From contig DAOUAJ010000382.1 of the NCBI GenBank assembly GCA_034433615.1, forward strand, positions 1 to 14,292: a stretch of 14,292 bases of DNA, read 5' to 3'. This document shows, one piece after another, positions 7,808 through 13,012 of the stretch. Source of the DNA: Anaerolineae bacterium. GTDB taxonomy: Bacteria; Chloroflexota; Anaerolineae; DUEN01. The number at the start of each line of letters is the position of its first letter. Position 1 is the stretch's first letter. Below the pieces are notes generated by a model. It searched no databases. It was not told where the DNA came from and saw only the letters and a program-made list of their open reading frames with translations. Both the position numbers and the translations under genes were made by a program.

Positions 7808-7822
7808 AGAACGGGTGTTCTA
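7807..7822. promoter_or_regulatory. Perfect 16-bp palindrome TAGAAC-GGGT-GTTCTA containing a GAAC-N4-GTTC core (Gram-positive/Chloroflexi-type LexA/DinR Cheo-box motif), overlapping the P1 -10 and transcription start region
   Basis: Seen directly. GAAC-N4-GTTC is the established LexA operator core in Bacillus-type and Chloroflexi-type SOS regulons. The symmetry extends beyond the core to a full 6-4-6 palindrome. Its position over the promoter core fits a repressor site. Confidence 0.4.
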
Positions 7823-7854
7823 TGCCAGCGCAGGGGAAGTCACCCATTGCGTCT

Positions 7855-7883
7855 TTGACCAACAAGGCCGTCTGTGCTAGAAT
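7855..7883 (+). promoter_or_regulatory. Promoter P2: TTGACC (7855-7860), 17-nt spacer, TGcTAGAAT extended -10 (7875-7883)
   Basis: Seen directly. A second near-consensus promoter about 80 nt upstream of the start codon. Confidence 0.5.
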
Positions 7884-7902
7884 CGTCCCAATTTGATCCC
7901 AT

Positions 7903-7942
7903 GGCCCATGCGGGCCACAAGCGGCCCATGCGGGCCACAAGG
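7903..7942 (+). repeat. Two tandem 20-bp direct repeats GGCCCATGCGGGCCACAAG(c/g). Each contains a short hairpin (GGCC-CAUGCG-GGCC or GGCCC-AUGC-GGGCC) and ends 5 nt before the SD
   Basis: Seen directly. 7903-7921 and 7923-7941 are identical 19-mers. They lie in the 5' leader between P2 and the AGGAGG at 7947-7952. Confidence 0.7.
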
Positions 7943-7964
7943 TTAGAGGAGGAGAAGAGAAACT

Positions 7965-8219
7965 ATGGCCTATCGCAATAACACCGGTCTCGATATTTGG
8001 TTCAAGGATGAGATTTTGCAGACATTACGGGCAGTGGACTCAGCAAATATGGACATTGCTGGCGAGATTGATTCGCTGGAAATGCGCTTCTACCGACGCG
8101 GTTTTGAAGCAGCTATCCGCTCCGTGGCCGAGGCATTTGGCCTGGACTATCACCCTCCAGTCTCCAGGCGCCACGGCTCTCCTCCTCCTGTTGACGTGAC
8201 TTCACGCCTTATCCATTAA
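7965..8219 (+). CDS. Small hypothetical protein (84 aa, soluble, predicted helical N-terminal half, Pro-rich C-terminal tail). No recognisable family
   Basis: ATG 7965 is preceded by AGGAGGAG. It is driven by two strong promoters. No TM segment. Third-position and overall G+C are visibly lower than in flanking genes. Confidence 0.6.
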   Translation: MAYRNNTGLDIWFKDEILQTLRAVDSANMDIAGEIDSLEMRFYRRGFEAAIRSVAEAFGLDYHPPVSRRHGSPPPVDVTSRLIH

Positions 8220-8298
8220 GTAGATGGCAGAAAGTTCCTTGCAGAAAGCCTGACGACTGGAAGTCGCGGGCAACGACTGCAAAGCTCACCTTCGTGGG

Positions 8299-9792
8299 CT
8301 AGGTTTCAGTCGCCTTAGTTTCTGGCGGCTCTCGGTGCTCGGACTGGACCATTGGGGGCTGGCCAATAAAGACCTGGGCGTGGGGATTTTCCATCAATTT
8401 TTCCATAGCGCTAATGTAGCGCATCCCTGCTGCGGTGTCTTCCGCGCAATGGGTCATGATCCAGCCTAGCACACGCTCGACACGTTGAGCCACGTCAGGC
8501 GGCAACTTGCGCCAGGCTTCCTCCAGGCTGTTAATGTATTCTGAGATCGCCTTCTGTCGGGCTGCCAACCGGACCTCTTCAAAGGTGCGTACTCGCTTGG
8601 CGTCCGCCTCTCCCTGGGAAATACTGAGTTGTTTCTGGCGATCAGCGATCCACACGGCCAAGACCCGATCTGCGACCTCTTCCGGCAGTGTCATCGTATT
8701 CACTGCCATCCCTATGATCTCCACACCCCATCCGCTTGTCAGCCGACGGCACTCTTCAGTCGCTTCACTTCCAATCAATTCCAGGATCGCGGCAGACGTT
8801 TCCTCAGTGATCGGGAATAGGCCCTCTAGTGTATGACGTCCGATCACACGCCGCAATGCGATCTCGGCAACACTGGTCACAGCCCGTGGCCACTCATTTG
8901 GAGCCAGCGTCACCTTTAGCATTTGTACGATGTCTTCACGGCGTGCGGGGCAGAGGCTATCTTTGATGACCCCGCTCATCTCGTCATCTCCTTCCTCACC
9001 GTCAGCCAGATCGGCTTGTGGAAACCGGTAGCCTACTGTGGCAGAGACATGAAGAAGAGAGACACCATCTGCCGTGAGTACGTCGCCTGGTTCCACTGGC
9101 AAGAACCGTGGGTTCAGCGGTACCACTCCGCGTACACGCTCAAACGGCTTCAGAGTCACGGTGCCTGGACCAACGATCCGTGTGATCTTACCACCGCGTT
9201 CGAGCACTACTGCCTGGCAAGGGCGTACCACCAGGATGCCAGGGCCTCCTAACAAGCGCAGGATGCCAGCCTTCTTCTCATCCTTGATCTCACCATCCTC
9301 CACGATGAGAAAAGGCCCTTGCAAGCCAGCGATCAAGGTTAGCAGTTGCCGCACAACTGCACTGCGACCTAAGTCGCGCAGCGGATGGGCAGCCAGTATC
9401 AGCTCACTGCTAAGGAAAGCCAGAACAAGAAGAAAGGTAACGAGCAGACTCATAGGGGTCAGGTAGCTCACTAACAGCAGGATGAAGGCCAGGGCTGCTT
9501 CCTGAATCGCCATCTCGCTGAATGGTTTGCCCAAGGAGAGGGGAATCAATGTGAGGGCTAGCCCGGTACCCGGAAATAGGATCAGCAATCCCAGGAAGGT
9601 AAATCGTCGGAAGTTCTGAGGTACGAGCAACAGGAAGCCGCTGCCCATTAATATGCTGATTATCACCAGATGGAGGAAAGCACCCGGGATGGGCACGAAA
9701 ATGGTTGCCATGCCCAACGCAATCAACACGATACCCAGAGCCAGACGAACTCCAGAGCGCTGAGGGGGCCTCACTGATAATAACGTTTCCAT
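8299..9792 (-). CDS. SPFH/band-7 (stomatin/flotillin/HflK-like) domain membrane protein with a 4-5 helix N-terminal membrane region and a C-terminal coiled-coil; 497 aa from ATG 9792
   Basis: SPFH core ILVVRPCQAVVLERGGKITRIVGPGTVTLKPFERVRGVVPLNPRFLPVEPGDVLTADGVSLLHVSATVGYRF. A coiled-coil-like stretch QGEADAKRVRTFEEVRLAARQKAISEYINSLEEAWRKL. The SD GGAGGTGA lies 4 nt upstream of ATG 9792. The track's GTG at 9816 adds 8 residues upstream of that SD. Confidence 0.85.
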   Translation of the reverse strand: METLLSVRPPQRSGVRLALGIVLIALGMATIFVPIPGAFLHLVIISILMGSGFLLLVPQNFRRFTFLGLLILFPGTGLALTLIPLSLGKPFSEMAIQEAALAFILLLVSYLTPMSLLVTFLLVLAFLSSELILAAHPLRDLGRSAVVRQLLTLIAGLQGPFLIVEDGEIKDEKKAGILRLLGGPGILVVRPCQAVVLERGGKITRIVGPGTVTLKPFERVRGVVPLNPRFLPVEPGDVLTADGVSLLHVSATVGYRFPQADLADGEEGDDEMSGVIKDSLCPARREDIVQMLKVTLAPNEWPRAVTSVAEIALRRVIGRHTLEGLFPITEETSAAILELIGSEATEECRRLTSGWGVEIIGMAVNTMTLPEEVADRVLAVWIADRQKQLSISQGEADAKRVRTFEEVRLAARQKAISEYINSLEEAWRKLPPDVAQRVERVLGWIMTHCAEDTAAGMRYISAMEKLMENPHAQVFIGQPPMVQSEHREPPETKATET

Positions 9793-9922
9793 CACTTCAC
9801 CTCCTGCAGAAGACACGAAGACCAGCTTCTAATGCGCACCCCACCTTTACGTCGCTCATCCGACATGCTAGCTTGCACAACTATATCATATTTTCTTTAT
9901 CTGGGAAAGTCTTTACCAGATT

Positions 9923-10864
9923 TTATCGAGAACGATCTTCTGGTAGAAAAGAGGCCCCCATCGCCTCCAATGCGGGGAGGCCGAACCCTTCGTAGGTGGG
10001 GATAAACAGGAAGACCTCGGCCAGCGCGTACAACGCCGGCTTGTCCTCCTCCGCGATCCAGCCGGGGAAGCGCACCCACGCCTCGATCCCGAGCTCACGG
10101 GCGAGGCGGCGAGGGTCCGGCATGAACGGGGTATCCCGAGCAGGCAAGCGGCCGGCGATGACCAGCGGCACATCACGATGTCGCCCCTGCCGCACGAGGA
10201 GGGCATACGCTGCCAGGGTGCGCTGCACGTTCTTGCGCACATCAAAGCCAGCAAAGTAGAGGATGAAACGCTGAGGAAGAGCGTAGCGCGTTCGCACCCG
10301 CTCCAGCTCCTCCACTGTGAGCGGTCGGCTATAGCGCTCGTCGGCTGCCAGGTACACTGTGTGCACCCGTTCCGGCGGGACACTCAGGTGACGGATGAGG
10401 TCCCGGCGCGAGGCCTCGGAATCGGTCAGAATCAGGTGAGCATGGCGGGCAGTGCGTGCCACCAGGGCTGTGTACAGCCGCTGTAAAAGGCCCCCGCGAT
10501 ACTCAGGCAACAGGAGCGGAATCAGGTCGTGCACGGTGACGACGAGGCGACACGGCCGCCACCACGGTGATCCCCAATAGGGCACGTGGGCTACGTCAAT
10601 GTGCAGGCGGCGGCAGGCCAGGGGGAAGGCGATCTGTTCAAACCATACCTTGGCCAGGTCCCCCTGCAGGAGGTCAAAAGGCGTAGCCGCGCACACGATT
10701 TGCCAGCCGGGTATATCAGCCACAGTCGGCACCTGCCGGGGCAATATCAGCCAACGCGCATCATCCGGCGAGACACGGGGTAGCCAGCGCACCAAGCCGT
10801 GCAAGACTTGCCCGCTGCCGGTGCCCGTCTGCCCCCAAAACCAGCCGTTTAACGCAATCCGCAT
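9923..10864 (-). CDS. GT4-family (GT-B fold) glycosyltransferase, truncated at the C-terminus. The ORF stops 4 residues after the conserved EAMA motif, so it is a probable gene remnant or pseudogene
   Basis: N-terminus MRIALNGWFWGQTGTGSGQ and C-terminus ...FIPTYEGFGLPALEAMGASFLPEDRSR* are typical of GT4. A normal GT4 continues about 70-90 aa past EAMA (xGxPVV... nucleotide-binding helices). Here the frame runs into AT-rich intergenic DNA that carries the SPFH promoter region. Confidence 0.7.
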   Translation of the reverse strand: MRIALNGWFWGQTGTGSGQVLHGLVRWLPRVSPDDARWLILPRQVPTVADIPGWQIVCAATPFDLLQGDLAKVWFEQIAFPLACRRLHIDVAHVPYWGSPWWRPCRLVVTVHDLIPLLLPEYRGGLLQRLYTALVARTARHAHLILTDSEASRRDLIRHLSVPPERVHTVYLAADERYSRPLTVEELERVRTRYALPQRFILYFAGFDVRKNVQRTLAAYALLVRQGRHRDVPLVIAGRLPARDTPFMPDPRRLARELGIEAWVRFPGWIAEEDKPALYALAEVFLFIPTYEGFGLPALEAMGASFLPEDRSR

Positions 10865-10883
10865 GTTGTCCCGAAAATAGCAC

Positions 10884-10932
10884 TCAGCGGTCAGCGATCA
10901 GCCGTCAGCGATTAGCGATCAACGATTCGCGA
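10884..10932. repeat. Degenerate tandem heptamer array, 7 copies on the plus strand: TCAGCGG TCAGCGA TCAGCCG TCAGCGA TTAGCGA TCAACGA TTCGCGA. On the downstream gene's (minus) strand this reads nnGCTGA x7
   Basis: Seen directly. It occupies the short intergenic gap between the epimerase stop (10919-10921) and the GT4 start (10864), and overlaps the last 4 codons of the epimerase. Confidence 0.75.
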
Positions 10933-11851
10933 TTAACTCGCGAAAGAACTCGACCGTGCGCGCGAGTCCTTCTTTCAGGCTGACCGTAACCTCCCATCCT
11001 AACTCCCTCTTGGCCCTGCTGGCATTCAGATAAATCCGGAAGACTTCCCCCTGTTTGGACGGACCATAATGAGCATCGCCGGAGTAGCCGGTAGCCGCCT
11101 TCAGCTCAGCGAAAATGGTATTAATGTCAGTCGGGACGCCCGAGCCGATATTGTAGACCCCTTCTCCTCGATCCAGGGCCAGCACATTGGCACGGGCGAT
11201 GTCACCCACATACACGAAGTCCCGCTGCTGCTCTCCGCTGCCGTTGATCGTGGGCTGCTTGCCCCGTAGCATCAGGCCGGTAAAGATGGCCACGACGCCG
11301 GCCTCACCAAGCGGATCCTGGCGCGGCCCGTAAACGTTGGGGTAACGCAAGCTGACGTAAGACAGTCCGTAATTATGCCGATACAGATACAGGTAATGCT
11401 CGACCGCGTGCTTACTCGCGCCATAGGGATCCAGCGGGTTGATAGGGTGATCTTCAGTGACCGGCAGAAATTCGGGTTCGCCGTACACTGCGCCTCCTGT
11501 CGAGGCGTAGATGAAACGCTGACACCCGTATTTGCGCGCCATTTCCAGCAGGAGAATGGAACCCAGGACGTTCACAGCGCCGTAGGCGATAGGCTCTTCC
11601 ATGGATTGGCGCACGTTAGCCAGCGCCGCTTGATGGCTGATCACTTCCGGACGTTCGGCAGCGAACACTTCTTCCACTTTCTCCTGCTGTCGGATGTCAA
11701 CTTTACAGAACTTTGCCTTCGGGTTCACATTCTCCCACTTGCCTGTGACCAGGTTGTCAATCACAACGACGTCGTGTCCAGCCGCAATGAACGCGTCCAC
11801 AACGTGGGAGCCGATGAACCCCGCGCCGCCTGTCACCAGAATCTTACTCAT
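10919..11851 (-). CDS. NAD-dependent nucleoside-diphosphate-sugar epimerase/dehydratase (GalE-like UDP-hexose 4-epimerase family), 310 aa from ATG 11851
   Basis: Rossmann motif MSKILVTGGAGFIGSH. Catalytic residues S in ASTGGAVYG and YxxxK in YGASKHAVEHY. The SD AGGAG lies 6 nt upstream of ATG 11851. The track's upstream extension (MRMDDSDD...) falls inside the predicted 5' UTR, downstream of the promoter. Confidence 0.85.
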   Translation of the reverse strand: MSKILVTGGAGFIGSHVVDAFIAAGHDVVVIDNLVTGKWENVNPKAKFCKVDIRQQEKVEEVFAAERPEVISHQAALANVRQSMEEPIAYGAVNVLGSILLLEMARKYGCQRFIYASTGGAVYGEPEFLPVTEDHPINPLDPYGASKHAVEHYLYLYRHNYGLSYVSLRYPNVYGPRQDPLGEAGVVAIFTGLMLRGKQPTINGSGEQQRDFVYVGDIARANVLALDRGEGVYNIGSGVPTDINTIFAELKAATGYSGDAHYGPSKQGEVFRIYLNASRAKRELGWEVTVSLKEGLARTVEFFRELIANR

Positions 11852-11910
11852 GGACACTCCTATTCTTTGATGTTTATCCGTGTCATCGGAATCGTCCATC
11901 CTCAAAAGTC

Positions 11911-11939
11911 AAGATACACAAAAGTGCACAAGCTGTCAA
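11911..11939 (-). promoter_or_regulatory. Putative promoter for the epimerase to GT4 operon (minus strand): TTGACA (reverse complement of 11934-11939), 17-nt spacer, TATCTT (reverse complement of 11911-11916)
   Basis: Consensus -35 with 17-nt spacing to a 4/6 -10 element. Gives a 5' UTR of about 53 nt. Confidence 0.4.
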
Positions 11940-12037
11940 TTGTGGCCCCTCATGCACGTGACCCGCATCTGGCAGCAGAGAGTGGCTCACCCTTCAAAGG
12001 TAGGTTTTTGTGTTGATGCGTTAACACCCAATCAGGT

Positions 12038-12160
12038 AGGCCCAGGGGGGCCTTCTGTGCAGAGGGGCTGAGGTGCAAGGGAGCTAGGGAGAATCTCTCC
12101 GCTGCTCCTCTGCCCCTCTGCTCCCTAGGGGGTGCCCTCCAAACCTCCCCTCTGGGGCTC
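12038..12160. repeat. GC-rich cluster of interleaved inverted repeats. Hairpin AGGCCC-AGGG-GGGCCT (12038-12053). IR A: GCAGAGGGGC (12059-12068) with GCCCCTCTGC (12112-12121). IR B: CTAGGGAG (12084-12091) with CTCCCTAG (12121-12128). A third CCCCTCTG copy in the palindrome CCCCTCTGGGG (12147-12157)
   Basis: Seen directly. It lies between the divergent epimerase and M50 promoters, outside both predicted transcripts. Confidence 0.5.
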
Positions 12161-12222
12161 CCATCGGGAAAAAACTGCCCCTGTGAGGAGTGGTTCACTC
12201 TTACGCGGTACGCGGTCGCCAC

Positions 12223-12251
12223 TTGGGTGAGCGAGTGAGCTGTGATATAAT
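12223..12251 (+). promoter_or_regulatory. Putative promoter for the M50 protease gene: TTGGGT (12223-12228), 17-nt spacer, TGaTATAAT (12243-12251)
   Basis: Extended -10 TG-N-TATAAT with 17-nt spacing to a 4/6 -35. The predicted transcription start falls near 12258, so ATG 12255 cannot be the start codon of the M50 gene. Confidence 0.5.
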
Positions 12252-12314
12252 CCTTTGGCAATCAGACAAGGAAGAACTAAACTCGACGAATATTGTAGAG
12301 TTACGGAGAGGAAC

Positions 12315-12959
12315 GTGTTGACTTCAGGAATATCGTTGCCAATATTGCTAGCCCGGCTGGTGATCCTGGTTATTGCGTTGAGCTTCCACGAATTCGCCCA
12401 TGCCTGGGTTGCTGTCCGCCTGGGCGATCCTACCCCCCGTTGGGAGGGACGCCTGACGCTGAACCCGCGCGCTCATCTGGATGTGTTGGGCTCGCTTATG
12501 TTCGTGATCGCTGGCTTTGGCTGGGCTAAACCGGTACGCTGGAATCCATGGAATATCCATGTGGATCAACGTTGGGGACGACTGTTGGTCGCTGCAGCGG
12601 GTCCGCTGTCTAACCTGCTGCTAGCATTCTTGATGGCGCTGATCGTCCAGGTGACCGGTCTGTCAATGACACCCCGTCGCGAGGGCATGTGGGCTGTCCT
12701 GCCGAATCCAGCGCTATTTGCCCTGCAGTTTATCTCTCTGAATGTCCTGCTCTGCTTCTTCAATCTCCTGCCCATCACGCCGCTGGACGGCTTCGAGGTT
12801 GCGACCGGGCTTTTGCCGCCGAACCTGGCATATTACTTCCGACGACTAGAACCCTATGGCCCCTTCATCTTGTTGGCTCTGATCATCCTGCCGATCAATT
12901 TGTTGGGGCTGATTTTGGGTCCACCAGTGACTGCTACGCTCCGTCTGCTGTTGGGATGA
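12315..12959 (+). CDS. M50-family (site-2-protease-like, M50B) membrane zinc metalloprotease, 214 aa from GTG 12315 (TTG 12318 is the alternative)
   Basis: HExxH motif in LSFHEFAHAWVAVRLGD. The second M50 signature FNLLPITPLDGFEV. At least four TM helices. The SD GGAGAGGA (12305-12312) lies just upstream of GTG/TTG. The track's ATG 12255 start sits inside the -10 box. Confidence 0.8.
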   Translation: MLTSGISLPILLARLVILVIALSFHEFAHAWVAVRLGDPTPRWEGRLTLNPRAHLDVLGSLMFVIAGFGWAKPVRWNPWNIHVDQRWGRLLVAAAGPLSNLLLAFLMALIVQVTGLSMTPRREGMWAVLPNPALFALQFISLNVLLCFFNLLPITPLDGFEVATGLLPPNLAYYFRRLEPYGPFILLALIILPINLLGLILGPPVTATLRLLLG

Positions 12960-12967
12960 TCTTTCCA

Positions 12968-12990
12968 GACCCTCCGCGACGAGGAGGGTC
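12968..12990 (+). other. 8-bp hairpin GACCCTCC-gcgacga-GGAGGGTC in the 53-nt gap between the M50 stop and the prephenate dehydrogenase start
   Basis: Seen directly. Followed by AAUCUAUCGUAAAG, which is not a clean U-tract. Possible attenuator or processing structure. Confidence 0.3.
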
Positions 12991-13012
12991 AATCTATCGT
13001 AAAGAAGGGAAA

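Noticed and set aside
7560-7880. Plus-strand 106-aa ORF
   Set aside because: It starts inside the tRNA-Pro gene and runs through the promoter region. No coding signal.
7822-7985. Short leader ORFs (24 and 26 codons) upstream of, or overlapping, the 84-codon gene start
   Set aside because: No ribosome-binding sites. They most likely arise by chance from the AT-rich leader. They could only matter as uORFs, and I have no evidence for that.
8221-8298. Possible bidirectional terminator between the convergent small gene and SPFH gene
   Set aside because: Only short interleaved inverted and direct repeats (TTGCAG...CTGCAA, CGACT-gga-AGTCG, ACGACTG x2) are present. There is no stable GC stem with a U-tract on either strand.
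9705-9995. Plus-strand 96-aa ORF spanning the SPFH-GT4 intergenic region
   Set aside because: It crosses an AT-rich promoter region and overlaps two real genes' ends. It has no RBS.
12255-12314. Track start ATG 12255 for the M50 protease (a 20-residue N-terminal extension)
   Set aside because: That ATG lies inside or next to the predicted -10 box. The strong SD is positioned for GTG 12315 or TTG 12318 instead.
12689-13012. Track start at 12689 for the tyrA ORF (a 108-residue extension)
   Set aside because: The extension overlaps the M50 gene in another frame. The Rossmann motif and the SD define ATG 13013.
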